Shown in pieces: positions 1 through 10,861 of a DNA stretch of 64,000 bases. The stretch's first letter is position 1. Every line of letters begins with the position of its first letter. Made by a program: the position numbers and the translations under genes. Source of the DNA: a virus; the IMG/VR virus record IMGVR_UViG_3300031952_000010, positions 1-64,000 of that record. One strand, 5' to 3'. A model generated the notes under the pieces. The model was not told where the DNA came from. It saw nothing but the letters and a program-made list of their open reading frames with translations, and made no database searches.

Positions 1-802
1 CCCGATAGGGACATTTATTTGTAAAAATAGGGGTTTTCTTAAATAATTAACCCGATAGGGTATATTCCCCCCATATACATGTGGACCCCCGATTACTAAG
101 GGACATTTATCTGAGGGACATATAGTATACTCTTTATTGTGTTCATCTCTAAGGGATGTTCATTTACAATGAACAGGTAAATTAAATGAACATTCATAGA
201 GTATAAGTTTTTCCTATGGTAACTTATCATTCATATCAGTCTTGTGAGGTTTAACCTGACTACAGTGATACAAAACATAAGTTCCACTTATTCCCACTAT
301 AGTATGTCGTTATGGTATGTCAGACTTAGGGGGTGTTATATATCCCCTAACGGGTCGTTGAAGTAATAATCCTAACACATCTAATGGTAATAGGGGGTTA
401 GTTTCTAACACACTACGTGTTTCACCGCTCTATGGACCATAACGTACATTATTTGCTGGGATATATGTATACCTAAAAAACTGGTTCTGTAGGGGTCTAC
501 AGAGGGGAAAAAGTGGTCATTAGTATAGCGTAGTGACCATAAGTGGTGGTAAATTGTGGGGGAATGTGTATAGTATAATGTGGTAGAAAGTGGGTGAGGG
601 GATTATCCCCATCGACAAACGTAACTGACATTCTGACAATTCCTAATTTTTTAACACTTATTTTTCAAAAAAAGTTATCAACAATCCCCCCTGACATAGT
701 GTCATGACCAATGTTAATAACTTTTAGTTAATAAAGTTATCAACAATTAACTGTACCATTTTGTACCATGTATTATATTTATAAACAAAGAGTGTTAATA
801 AA

Positions 803-1105
803 ATGTATTTAGAAAAGTTTTCAACAAAGATATCCCTAACAGAACATGGGTATGATGTAATCTATAGTGAAGGAGAATTCACAGGTACGGTAAGTTACGT
901 AAGGTATGTGAGTGAAGTGGGTAGGGTGATGAAGGGGAAACCTGTATACCTTATGACCAACTCAGACATGGGGGACATTATAGAATGTGTGCATCAGAAA
1001 TCCCCACTATCAAGTGAGGACTTCACGACAATGAACATGGAGATTAGAACTCACTCAAGAACTCTCATCGATGAGGTTATTTCTCAAACGGGTCCTCAGA
1101 AATAA
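803..1105 (+). CDS. hypothetical protein
   Basis: 100-aa ORF with TATTTATA upstream. Confidence 0.6.
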   Translation: MYLEKFSTKISLTEHGYDVIYSEGEFTGTVSYVRYVSEVGRVMKGKPVYLMTNSDMGDIIECVHQKSPLSSEDFTTMNMEIRTHSRTLIDEVISQTGPQK

Positions 1106-1233
1106 TATGTCGTCTCCAAAATTTTAGGAACTTACTGTCCTCCTTAAGATGGGGGACAACTAAGAACTCCATAACATACACGGTCCCAAGGAATGACAGA
1201 CCAACAACAACGGTAATCAAATAATATTTCATA

Positions 1234-1665
1234 CTAACAATATTTACGTAACTCAGATAATAATCTACGGTTATGAATTATTTCATTCGCTCTAGCCTCA
1301 ATCTCAAAAGGGTGTTTGTCGTAACCATACTTGTCCAACATCTTACCGTACTTAGTACGACATGGTTGTAAGTAGTGTGTATACTCATGAACAAATACTC
1401 GGGTGAAATCCCCCAAGGTCTTAAGGTTGTCATAGTATAAACTAATCTGATTATCCACAGGACAGTAAAGACCATAGTACTTTTCCTCGAAGGGGTTCTC
1501 TTCAACAACAACACTTAACTTATACTTCTTACGGTTGTTCACCCCAAGGTTATGTACACAGTATTCCTTACACCCTTTAATGATGTGCTTCAACTCCTTC
1601 TTGTTAAACATGTGTAAAGGGGTTGACGAGTATAAACCTAATAATGAATATAGAGACTTTATCAT
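1234..1665 (-). CDS. zincin-like metallopeptidase domain protein
   Basis: HEYTH...PFEIEA motif; start moved to the Met just downstream of TATCTTTG (minus strand 1672-1679). Confidence 0.6.
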   Translation of the reverse strand: MIKSLYSLLGLYSSTPLHMFNKKELKHIIKGCKEYCVHNLGVNNRKKYKLSVVVEENPFEEKYYGLYCPVDNQISLYYDNLKTLGDFTRVFVHEYTHYLQPCRTKYGKMLDKYGYDKHPFEIEARANEIIHNRRLLSELRKYC

Positions 1666-2259
1666 AGAATACAAAGATACAAAATATTCCCCATTCCACC
1701 AAATAATATTGGGGTAAAATAAATACATATTCTTTTGGCAGTGTCAATTCTTTTCCGTACCTTTGTATTGTCGGTGGTTAAGTCCGAGACGGGTTCGAAG
1801 GGTACGGTCTTCGCAGAGGGTAGACTCCAGCTCGCCTTATACTTTCCCCCATGTCAAACTATAAAGCATCATGCTAAGTTACGGATAAATTCTGACACTG
1901 CCAAATTTCCCCCCACTTATTTATCAACATGACAGACTGACTGTTCATAACTTTATTTGTATATGTCATTGTTTTTACATCACCCCATTAGAGACCCTCT
2001 AAGACAAGGGGGACCGTAGGGGTCAAAACTAAAGGACTCCCCCCTGATAATACCCCCTAGACCCCCTCCATACGGGGGGTACCCCTCCCCTCCCCCGTAT
2101 CCCCCCTCCGTATATGACATAATGACAGGTCAAAAGGGGGGATAATCCCTTAAATAAAGTATTTGTTAAAAAAAATGTTTATAGAAAATTTTCCGTAAAT
2201 CTCTAAAAAAATTTTTGGAAAAAAATTCCCCATATGGAACGTGGGTATATTTATTCTAT

Positions 2260-2526
2260 ATGAAAGTTATTATCGGAGAAAATAGAATGTTTGAGGTAAT
2301 GGACTCTATTTTAAAATTATCTTATAATCCTAAGACAAGAGAGTTTTATAGTAGTGGGGTTATTGATGGGGTTATTGGTTACAAACATAAAGATGGGTTT
2401 ACATATGGGGGATATGATGTTGATTATTTGGTATCTAATATATTCGGTAAAAACTCTGATGAGTTGTTACTAATTCATTTAAAAGAAAAGTTTCCTAACC
2501 TAACCATCAACAAAATCAACAATTAA
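2260..2526 (+). CDS. hypothetical protein with MKVIIGE leader
   Basis: ATG 5 nt after TATTTAT. Confidence 0.65.
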   Translation: MKVIIGENRMFEVMDSILKLSYNPKTREFYSSGVIDGVIGYKHKDGFTYGGYDVDYLVSNIFGKNSDELLLIHLKEKFPNLTINKINN

Positions 2527-2573
2527 TCCCCTCCCAATAGAGGGGTTTTTTGTTTATCAATGTATTTATTCAT

Positions 2574-3104
2574 ATGTCAGAATCTCACATTATACCGCAT
2601 CTTACCAAGTTATTAAAGAGTTTAATCTTCAAGGATTTTGATTTGGACTTTAACATTACATCTAAGGAAGATTACTATGGGGAGAGTTATGTCTTAACTA
2701 TTACTCTTGACCCTGAGGTTATGTGTATGTCTGGGGATAAGTATAATCCTGAGTCTACTCCATTTTTATATGATTTAGAGGATAGTATTCATAGAGTATT
2801 ACCTTATGTTGGTTTGGATGAGTCAAATCTTATTGTAAAGTTTCAGTATATAAATGAACGGGAGTTCTCTGATAAACTTGTTGGTATGGTTAATGTAGTT
2901 CTTCCCAAGTTATACGATAGGATTGAGGGTTTACCCAAGTTGGTTAATATGCAGAAAGGTCAGCGTGGGGATGCGGCCGAGTTTAGGATTGGGTTTCAAT
3001 TTGCTGAGGTTCCAAGGATGGGTCAAATAAGTAAGTTGTATGATAACATTCACGATTTGATTCCAACGTTTGATGATGTGTATATGGACTTCGGTCTATT
3101 CTAA
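2574..3104 (+). CDS. hypothetical protein
   Basis: ORF with TATTTAT just upstream. Confidence 0.7.
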   Translation: MSESHIIPHLTKLLKSLIFKDFDLDFNITSKEDYYGESYVLTITLDPEVMCMSGDKYNPESTPFLYDLEDSIHRVLPYVGLDESNLIVKFQYINEREFSDKLVGMVNVVLPKLYDRIEGLPKLVNMQKGQRGDAAEFRIGFQFAEVPRMGQISKLYDNIHDLIPTFDDVYMDFGLF

Positions 3105-3276
3105 TATGTCCCCGACATCAATGTCGGAGACATCCACTTTACATATTAGTAGACTTTCACTTTACATATTAGGACAAAAACCTGTAAAGGGGAAAATATA
3201 CTCAAATACTGAAAAAAAATTTCCAGAAAAATTTTGACAAATTAAGACTATTGTTTATCTTTATAAAAAAGTTAAG

Positions 3277-3663
3277 GTGAGTGATGAACTATGGTGTGAG
3301 TACAGTGGAATGCCTTCCCCCATGGCATATATGGATTGTGAAAAGTGTAAGGAATTAGTTAATAATTGTACGTGTATGATAAACGAGGAAATTGACAACT
3401 CCTACGAGGAGAGTAAAATACAGGAGTTAGAGGGTAAGATTTTTGAAATGGAATCTACTCTCAAAGACCATAGGGATAAGGAGAGAATTTATCAGGAGAT
3501 ACTATCTGATATTAACAGTTCCATTATAGACTTATTCAAGAGAGAACAAGAGAATATCCGATTCAACTTGGGGGAAGAAACTGATTACCGTCAGTGTATG
3601 ATTGGAATGAAAGAATACATGGATAACATTAAATCGGTGTATAAAGGAAAAATTAAATTTTAA
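3277..3663 (+). CDS. hypothetical coiled-coil protein
   Basis: ORF track. Confidence 0.6.
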   Translation: MSDELWCEYSGMPSPMAYMDCEKCKELVNNCTCMINEEIDNSYEESKIQELEGKIFEMESTLKDHRDKERIYQEILSDINSSIIDLFKREQENIRFNLGEETDYRQCMIGMKEYMDNIKSVYKGKIKF

Positions 3664-3666
3664 GGT

Positions 3667-3993
3667 ATGAAAAACATTAGAGAAGAAGTTAAGATTAAAG
3701 GTAGTGGGGGTGTTTACGATTTGTTTGATAATGTAATCAAAGGTTCGTTCAATATCACCGATGAGGAGTACGACTATATTGCGGGGGAGGCCTCGGATGA
3801 GGACTTGAGTATTTTTGTAGACGGGATTGGTGGATTTAATACCCCTTCAACGTTTGGGGACAAACGTAGAGCGTTAGAAGTACGTGATAAGTACTTGAAG
3901 ATGTTCCGTGACAGTAATGTCGTTGTGTACACACCTACCTTATGTGCTTGTCACCCCGATAATGGTGGAGATGGTACTTGTCAGTGTGATTAA
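3667..3993 (+). CDS. hypothetical protein with Cys-rich C-terminus
   Basis: ORF track; CACHP...CQC. Confidence 0.65.
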   Translation: MKNIREEVKIKGSGGVYDLFDNVIKGSFNITDEEYDYIAGEASDEDLSIFVDGIGGFNTPSTFGDKRRALEVRDKYLKMFRDSNVVVYTPTLCACHPDNGGDGTCQCD

Positions 3994-4028
3994 TAACTTG
4001 TATAATTAACCAAAACAAAATATATATT

Positions 4029-4136
4029 ATGAATGAAGTAATGATGGAACAACCTATGGAAGCCGTTAACAAATACGTTGAATCTCCTTATGAGGAATCT
4101 AAACGTTGGAGAGAAATCTTTGAAAACCAAGACTAA
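4029..4136 (+). CDS. small hypothetical protein (35 aa)
   Basis: MNEVMMEQPMEAVNKYVESPYEESKRWREIFENQD followed by a terminator hairpin. Confidence 0.45.
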   Translation: MNEVMMEQPMEAVNKYVESPYEESKRWREIFENQD

Positions 4137-4377
4137 ACTAATTTCCCCCTTCTTATGTTGGGGGATTTTTGTTTTAAGATAATAAATTCATACTTTTGAA
4201 GGGGCAGTATAAACCGAACCCGACTTCGTCGGTGTTTTTTTCGTCCCGCCGTCCCCGACCCTTCGGGATTTTATGGTTTACAGTAAACTGTCTACTGTAA
4301 ACAACTTAGTGACTCTCCTAAAAAAAGACCCCACCCCGCCGCGATTTTAATTGTGTGTGGTATTTATAAATAAAAAT

Positions 4378-4677
4378 ATGACAATGAATAAAACAATTAA
4401 AATGAACGAGTCTGATTTAATTAGATTGGTTAAACGAGTTATAAAAGAAGAAGGCGAACCAAGTACTGATAGGTATATGTTCTTTTCTAATTTAGAACAA
4501 ATGAAAAGACAGTGTGAATTACTATTAAAAATGGACCACCAAGAAATTGAATCTATTTTGGACAATGGTCATGATTGGGCTCAAGACCATATCTCTGAAG
4601 CTAAAAATAACATGGACCAAGTTTTCGACTTTATAATGAACGAGACGGAAAATTATGACGGTGAAGAAGAAATGTAA
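4378..4677 (+). CDS. leader-motif protein (IKMNESDLIRLVKRVIKEE)
   Basis: N-terminus shared with 6804 and 10399. Confidence 0.75.
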   Translation: MTMNKTIKMNESDLIRLVKRVIKEEGEPSTDRYMFFSNLEQMKRQCELLLKMDHQEIESILDNGHDWAQDHISEAKNNMDQVFDFIMNETENYDGEEEM

Positions 4678-4731
4678 TTTAAATAGTTTATTTGATACAA
4701 CCTTTAACCTATATTTAAAATAAAAAAACCT

Positions 4732-5418
4732 ATGAAAAAACTATTATTATTATTTATTACGGCAACTATGTTATTTAGTTGTAACACGAGTACAAAAACT
4801 GAAACAGTAGAAGATTTTAAATCTGACACAATTGTAAAAATACACCAAGGGTCTTTCGCATTTTGTGGAGCATCGGCGGCCTTACCTACAGGAAGAAAGA
4901 TTGTGGTACAAGGGGTTGAATACTACGAAGGTTGTGCAATCTGTCCTGTATTAGAAGGTCCATCTCTTTCCAATTTAGCAATGGAAGGTGTAAGTGAAAC
5001 TTACGGAAAGTTCAATATGAATAAAAACTTCCAAACTCCTGATGGAACAAGTAATACGGTATGGTCATTATTTTGGTATTACGATTCAACTACTACTATT
5101 CCTCAGTTTAACCCTTCAACTAAAGAATGGGAAATGATGTCACCTGTGAATAGAACGTTTGTAATTAATTTAGACTCTCCAAGTACAAGTGAGAGTAATA
5201 TGTTTGCAATGCCAGGTATTGTTTTCGATACTACATCTACAGGTATTGTACTTGCTAAAGTATACGGACCACTTAATGAAGCGGCACTTCCTTTACGTAA
5301 AGCAGTTCCAGTTAAAAACGGACAGACTTCGGTAACGGCAGCTAAATTAGGATTCCCTTATCCTGTTGGAACACCAATTCCTTTTTCAGAATACAGTAAA
5401 GAACTACAGAAAAAATAA
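4732..5418 (+). CDS. putative lipoprotein
   Basis: MKK + hydrophobic stretch + LFSC lipobox. Confidence 0.7.
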   Translation: MKKLLLLFITATMLFSCNTSTKTETVEDFKSDTIVKIHQGSFAFCGASAALPTGRKIVVQGVEYYEGCAICPVLEGPSLSNLAMEGVSETYGKFNMNKNFQTPDGTSNTVWSLFWYYDSTTTIPQFNPSTKEWEMMSPVNRTFVINLDSPSTSESNMFAMPGIVFDTTSTGIVLAKVYGPLNEAALPLRKAVPVKNGQTSVTAAKLGFPYPVGTPIPFSEYSKELQKK

Positions 5419-5490
5419 AAACAAAACTAAAACCTGTTAAACCCCCTTCGTTATGTTGGGGGTTTTTTTTTGTTTAACATATTTATTACT

Positions 5491-5772
5491 ATGGAAGATT
5501 ATATTAAAAGGATTGTTAAATATGTCATCGATGAGAAATATCCTGAGTTCGAAGGCGTTGAGGTTTCTAGTGAAAGGAATCCTCAGAGTTTTTATATGGA
5601 TAAAACACGTAATATTGTGTATAATGTTTTTTTAACAATTGATAGTAATAAATTTCTTAAGAACGGTGGTGAGTATTGGGCTGGTATTAAATCTTTAATT
5701 AGGAACACAATGAAATCAATTGGTGTTGAAAACACAATTAATGTTTATATTAATTTCTCTGACGAAAAATAA
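5491..5772 (+). CDS. hypothetical protein
   Basis: ATG 4 nt after TATTTAT. Confidence 0.65.
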   Translation: MEDYIKRIVKYVIDEKYPEFEGVEVSSERNPQSFYMDKTRNIVYNVFLTIDSNKFLKNGGEYWAGIKSLIRNTMKSIGVENTINVYINFSDEK

Positions 5773-5834
5773 ATTTTAATTAGTCGGGGTTTTTTTATTC
5801 ATTTATTTTCCGTATGTTTATATAAAAAAAGTAT

Positions 5835-5939
5835 ATGAGTGATACTGAAGAAATGTTAATTGGTATTGGAGTACTTATGATGGTAGTTTTTATACCACTT
5901 ATAATTGCATTTACAACTGATTTTAGAAAGAAAAAATAA
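5835..5939 (+). CDS. small membrane protein (34 aa)
   Basis: single hydrophobic helix and basic C-terminus. Confidence 0.45.
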   Translation: MSDTEEMLIGIGVLMMVVFIPLIIAFTTDFRKKK

Positions 5940-5942
5940 ATT

Positions 5943-6203
5943 ATGGAATATACTGTGTGTATTACCGTTGCAGATAGAGAAGACGGAAGAACTAATGTAA
6001 ATCTATCAACCCCACCTAAACAACCAACACTAACAATTAGTGAAATGGCTAAGATATTGTCAGGAGGAATCTCGTTATGCGTTGGATTGTGTGAAAAAGA
6101 AGGTCTTGTGAAGGACTATGAGTTGATGCAAGAGATAATTGACTACTTAAACAACGAATTTATATCTCTCGATTCGTTCAAGGATGCCAATATTTTAAAA
6201 TAA
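5943..6203 (+). CDS. hypothetical protein
   Basis: ORF track. Confidence 0.6.
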   Translation: MEYTVCITVADREDGRTNVNLSTPPKQPTLTISEMAKILSGGISLCVGLCEKEGLVKDYELMQEIIDYLNNEFISLDSFKDANILK

Positions 6204-6207
6204 TAGA

Positions 6208-6720
6208 TTATTTTTTTGAGATTAGAATATCGTCAGTATCATATTTCTGACTTAATTCTCTTGTAAACTCTATAAATCCTCTATCACTCATGTCAGTATC
6301 AACTTTTACCATAGGATACATTAATCTTTCTGACCATTCTATATCAGAATCATACCCCATGTTCTTAATCTCATCTAATAATGGTTGGTAAACATCCCTA
6401 TTACTGTGTTTATAATGTTTGTGATTAAAAGCTAATCTATCATGTGTAACATATTGAGCTAAACTATCTAATTCTTCTTCAATATCCCCATCATCTATCT
6501 TACTCATAACAAAATGGTAATAATCATTATCAAACTGTGGGGATTCTGACCAATATTTGGCTTGGTCTATAATAAAATACACATTGATATAAATTGAGTT
6601 ACCCTCCATATCAAATTTGTGTTTTGTTATTTCAATAGTAAAATCAACTATACCCTTAATATATAATGAATTATATATTTTGGTTAAACCTTTAGTTAGT
6701 ATTGAATTGTCCTCAGTCAT
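6208..6720 (-). CDS. hypothetical protein
   Basis: TATTTAT 4 nt upstream on the minus strand. Confidence 0.7.
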   Translation of the reverse strand: MTEDNSILTKGLTKIYNSLYIKGIVDFTIEITKHKFDMEGNSIYINVYFIIDQAKYWSESPQFDNDYYHFVMSKIDDGDIEEELDSLAQYVTHDRLAFNHKHYKHSNRDVYQPLLDEIKNMGYDSDIEWSERLMYPMVKVDTDMSDRGFIEFTRELSQKYDTDDILISKK

Positions 6721-6803
6721 AGTTATAAATATAGTAAAATAAAAAAGGACTCCAATACCTATAGTTTTTTTATCCCCCTAAGATATTTATTTATAAAACT
6801 AAT

Positions 6804-7430
6804 ATGAAGAAGATTATAAAATTAACGGAATCTGATTTATCCCGTATTGTTAAACGAGTTATTTCTGAACAGAATAGTAATGAATTAGATGAAGGTATTT
6901 TTGATTCAATACTTAAAGCCTTTAGAGGTGGTGGTAAAAAAGTAGTAAGTGCGGCATCTAAAATGTCAACAACACCTTTATTCAGTCAAATTTCTCACGA
7001 TATACGACAATTAATTACTAAAATACCTCAAAAAGTTAAAGTTGGTGCTAAATTAGAAGGTGTTTTTAAGAAAACATCATATGATATTAAAAGTTTAGAG
7101 GGTAGTATTGCTAGATATGAACGAGATATGAATGGATTTGGTATTGCTGAAATATATAGTAGAAAATTATCTAATGCGGTACGACAACCAAAAGGGTCTA
7201 TCGTTAATTTAAAAGAAGTTTATACCGACGCTCATCTATTAAAAAAAGAATTAGAAAATATTAAACACGAATTACCAAGACCAAAAGAAGGTGGAATTTT
7301 AAATAAAAATAAAAATTACCAATCCGAACTTAATAAATATCATAACTTCTTATGGAGTGAATTGGGTTCTGTCAATAAGTTCATTAGTGAAATAGATAAT
7401 TTACTTAAAGAAGTAAAAATTAAAAAATAA
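6804..7430 (+). CDS. leader-motif protein (MKKIIKLTESDLSRIVKRVISEQ)
   Basis: shared N-terminal motif; terminator follows. Confidence 0.8.
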   Translation: MKKIIKLTESDLSRIVKRVISEQNSNELDEGIFDSILKAFRGGGKKVVSAASKMSTTPLFSQISHDIRQLITKIPQKVKVGAKLEGVFKKTSYDIKSLEGSIARYERDMNGFGIAEIYSRKLSNAVRQPKGSIVNLKEVYTDAHLLKKELENIKHELPRPKEGGILNKNKNYQSELNKYHNFLWSELGSVNKFISEIDNLLKEVKIKK

Positions 7431-7498
7431 CTAATTAATAATTAAAAAACCCCATCTATTACAGGTGGGGTTTTTTGTTTTATATACTATTTATCATT

Positions 7499-7852
7499 AT
7501 GAAATTCATCATCACAGAATCTAAGGTTACAGATGTTATCACCAATTACTTGGATAATAACATTCATCCTGACTATAATTGGGGTCCTGATTTATTTGAT
7601 TTCTATGAACAAGATGTTAAAGAATATGGATTTCATGTTTTCTATATTAACGATACTCCCGCATACGAATATCTTGGAGAATACGATGGGTATGATTTCC
7701 TTTACCGATTGGTAATTATGGATTTTGTTTCAGATAAACTAACTTCTTTATTTGGTGACCTATGGATTCCCGTTTTTAAAAAGTGGTTCGAGAAAAACTC
7801 AAACCTTGATGTTCGTGAAATGGAATTTGACGGTGAAATTATAAGATTATGA
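7499..7852 (+). CDS. leader-motif protein (MKFIITES)
   Basis: C-terminal LFG..W...FKKWF resembles 9362, 12294 and 14251. Confidence 0.75.
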   Translation: MKFIITESKVTDVITNYLDNNIHPDYNWGPDLFDFYEQDVKEYGFHVFYINDTPAYEYLGEYDGYDFLYRLVIMDFVSDKLTSLFGDLWIPVFKKWFEKNSNLDVREMEFDGEIIRL

Positions 7853-8163
7853 AAGTAGAAATTAACGATAAACAATTAGAGAAAATTCATAGTATAATTC
7901 AGGGATTAATTGACTCTGAATTAAACTCATTACGTGAAGAATCTGAGGAATGGGGTCTTGGTGAAATGGATGAAGTCCATGAGATTAATTCAATCAATAA
8001 AATAGTTATCGATAGAATATCACCGTTTCAAGGAATTAGTGTTTATATCGATATTTATACTAATACAGGTAGAGAAGATTATGATAATGTTAGAGGAGAA
8101 ATCCAATATCGAATATTAGAATGGTTCCCGAACATAAAACTATTTATTAACGAAATTATTTAA
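7849..8163 (+). CDS. hypothetical protein
   Basis: ORF overlapping neighbours by 4 and 1 nt. Confidence 0.7.
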   Translation: MKVEINDKQLEKIHSIIQGLIDSELNSLREESEEWGLGEMDEVHEINSINKIVIDRISPFQGISVYIDIYTNTGREDYDNVRGEIQYRILEWFPNIKLFINEII

Positions 8164-8543
8164 TGAACGTATTAATAACTGAAAATAAACTAAAATCATT
8201 CATCAGTAAGAGATTAGGTATTGACCTATCTAACAAAATTCAGATAATAACAAGTTATAATGAATTACCTGATAAATTTAAAATTTTTCTTAGAAGAGTA
8301 GATATTAATGAATATTTGAATAGTGGTGGACCTATGTTTTTATTTAGTACTAAAAATGATAAGTATTTATATCAAAATTATAAATACGGTAGTCTGTTAA
8401 TTGATTATCGTGGTACTGAGATTAACGACTCAAAATTGTTAGAACTCTTGGGTGTTGACATGTTAGGTATTAACATTGAGGAATTGATTAAATTATATTT
8501 TGAAGAAAAAAATGAAAAAGATATTAAAAATAACCGAATCTGA
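8163..8543 (+). CDS. leader-motif protein (MNVLITEN)
   Basis: ORF track; motif. Confidence 0.7.
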   Translation: MNVLITENKLKSFISKRLGIDLSNKIQIITSYNELPDKFKIFLRRVDINEYLNSGGPMFLFSTKNDKYLYQNYKYGSLLIDYRGTEINDSKLLELLGVDMLGINIEELIKLYFEEKNEKDIKNNRI

Positions 8544-9360
8544 ATTAAAAAACCTCATCCCAATTTTATTGGAGGAGTTTGATATTAATGACTATTCTGA
8601 TGAGGATTTTGTTGAGGTATTTGTTAAGTATTACAGAAATTGGGTTAAGAAAAAACACGGTGATGAAATTGGTGGATACCCCATGTCTTATTTGGTTAAA
8701 AAATATGAAGAGGAATTTTTAATTGATGTTGGTCTTAAAGAAGACCGTCATTATTATTATGGTTCAGGGGCTACTAAATTCTCAAAAATTGGTAGAGATA
8801 TTATTCTAAAACAACTTGAGACTTTACCCTCATTATCCCCAAATAAAAAGTTTACGGAAAAATATAAAAAACAGTTAGACCACCTCATCAAATATTTAGA
8901 TATACCTGATTATGTTAAACTTAATATTGAAGAGGTGAGACCAAACAATGTTAATGTTGAATTTGAAATTGATTATCCAAGTATGTTAATTAGTGATGAT
9001 GATTTTAAGGCAACAAGTTCTTTTAGTGATTTAAAAAAATATTTGGAGAAATTCATGGGTATTGAGTACGGAAGTCCATCACATGGATTACTTAAACTTG
9101 ATTATCATGTTCGAACTATAGGTAGCGATGAATTTGTTAGAAAAATATTTAATAAACAAATTAAACCTGAACTTAAAAAGTTACCATCATCTAGTGCGAT
9201 ACACTCAATGAAAATTACCACAGACTCAAATAAGTTAACAATTACTCTAATCTATCGTCAATCTTCTTATTACGGAACTAGAAACTCAATTAAAGCAGAA
9301 ATCAAACGATATTTCGAAGCAAATGGGTTTAGTCCTAAAAAAATCGTAGTGACTGATTAA
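8512..9360 (+). CDS. leader-motif protein (MKKILKITESEL)
   Basis: ORF track; motif. Confidence 0.75.
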   Translation: MKKILKITESELKNLIPILLEEFDINDYSDEDFVEVFVKYYRNWVKKKHGDEIGGYPMSYLVKKYEEEFLIDVGLKEDRHYYYGSGATKFSKIGRDIILKQLETLPSLSPNKKFTEKYKKQLDHLIKYLDIPDYVKLNIEEVRPNNVNVEFEIDYPSMLISDDDFKATSSFSDLKKYLEKFMGIEYGSPSHGLLKLDYHVRTIGSDEFVRKIFNKQIKPELKKLPSSSAIHSMKITTDSNKLTITLIYRQSSYYGTRNSIKAEIKRYFEANGFSPKKIVVTD

Positions 9361-9361
9361 T

Positions 9362-9709
9362 ATGAAACTAATTATAACAGAAAATAGGTTATACCAAGTA
9401 ATTGATTCTTACTTAACAAAAACCATTAAAGGTTTAGAACAGACTACCAGCAAACATGGCGGTCATGGTAGAACTGATTTTAAAGATAAAGAGGGTTATT
9501 CAAAAGTGATTATCTTCTTTAACCGACATTCTCAAGGAATGGATGTCATGATGGAAGACAGTTTGTACGGTGAAATCTATAATATGTTCTCACTGAACGG
9601 GTTTGATGACATCCAACAACATTTAATCCAATGGTTTCAAGAAAATTTTGACGGGTTAGGTGATATCGGGGAGATTTCTACTTTTGATAATGAAGAATAC
9701 GTTTATTAA
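9362..9709 (+). CDS. leader-motif protein (MKLIITEN)
   Basis: ORF track; motif. Confidence 0.75.
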   Translation: MKLIITENRLYQVIDSYLTKTIKGLEQTTSKHGGHGRTDFKDKEGYSKVIIFFNRHSQGMDVMMEDSLYGEIYNMFSLNGFDDIQQHLIQWFQENFDGLGDIGEISTFDNEEYVY

Positions 9710-10308
9710 AGTTTCCACACACCAATACTCTTAATTGAGTAATGGTCATTTCTTTCCTCTATATTGTCCCAATATTGGTAAGGTTCTCCTAATAAGAACG
9801 GTTCTGATAGTAAATTAATTGGTCTCCAATGACCTGATTTGATGTCAATATTGTAAAAATCACTAAATGTTGTTGAAATTAAGTACTTTACACTTGAATT
9901 ACGTATATTTCCTATAGTTTTTAACGCGTCTTCATAGGATAAATGAAATAATACATCCTTACATATAATCAAATCCGATGTAGGAATTTCATCCTCTATC
10001 ACTGATAAACACTGAAAAGAGACCTTATTTGACCCATATTTTTCATTATTTGATTCAATTAATGGTAAAACTATATCAATTCCCGTATAAAAATCAACTT
10101 TTTCAAAGTCAAACAACCTCATCCAATTAAAATCACCACATCCACAGTCCGTAATTGTTTTAATGTCATGTGACACTACAAACTCATCTAATAATTTTAA
10201 TAATTTTTTATTTGATGACACTCTTGACCCTGGCCCCGATTTAGATTCAGACGACCCCCATGAGTTGTTAAGATAAATTTCGGTGAATACTTGTTGGTTT
10301 TGTTTCAT
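9706..10308 (-). CDS. class I SAM-dependent methyltransferase
   Basis: SGPGS, ITDCGCGDFNW, YTGIDIV, DLIICKDVLFHL. Confidence 0.8.
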   Translation of the reverse strand: MKQNQQVFTEIYLNNSWGSSESKSGPGSRVSSNKKLLKLLDEFVVSHDIKTITDCGCGDFNWMRLFDFEKVDFYTGIDIVLPLIESNNEKYGSNKVSFQCLSVIEDEIPTSDLIICKDVLFHLSYEDALKTIGNIRNSSVKYLISTTFSDFYNIDIKSGHWRPINLLSEPFLLGEPYQYWDNIEERNDHYSIKSIGVWKL

Positions 10309-10398
10309 AAAAATAAATATAGTTTAAATGAATTTAGTCTTGTAGGACTAATTACATTTTTTACAACGTCTTGATATTTATAATAAAGAAAATTAATT

Positions 10399-10770
10399 AT
10401 GAAAAAAGTTATAAAGTTAAATGAATCTGATTTAATGAGAATTGTTAAACGTGTTTTATCAGAACAAAGCCAACCTGAAGAATATTATATTGGTCGAGCA
10501 ACTGCAATATTATCTAAAGGACCACAACCTACCGAACCAGGTGCAAAATATTGTTTTACTAAAAAACATTTGGTGAATGATATTAAACAGGAGGGTGAAA
10601 GAAATATTCGTCTATATAAAATTAAAGAAGGTGACACTTTAGGTAAAGTACTTGATATGACAATGCAAGATGATGCGTTATATCTTATGAATCCTGGTTG
10701 TAATTTAAAAGACAAAAACGGATTTAAAATAAATGATGTTATCATGTACAGTTTATTACCTGATATGTAA
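10399..10770 (+). CDS. leader-motif protein with LysM-like C-terminal domain
   Basis: MKKVIKLNESDLMRIVKRVLSEQ; YKIKEGDTLGKV...MNP. Confidence 0.6.
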   Translation: MKKVIKLNESDLMRIVKRVLSEQSQPEEYYIGRATAILSKGPQPTEPGAKYCFTKKHLVNDIKQEGERNIRLYKIKEGDTLGKVLDMTMQDDALYLMNPGCNLKDKNGFKINDVIMYSLLPDM

Positions 10771-10861
10771 AATATGAAATACAACTTTAACCCCATCTCT
10801 AACAGGTGGGGTTTTTTATTTTATTGAGTATTTATAGTAATAAAAACAAACAATAGAAAAC

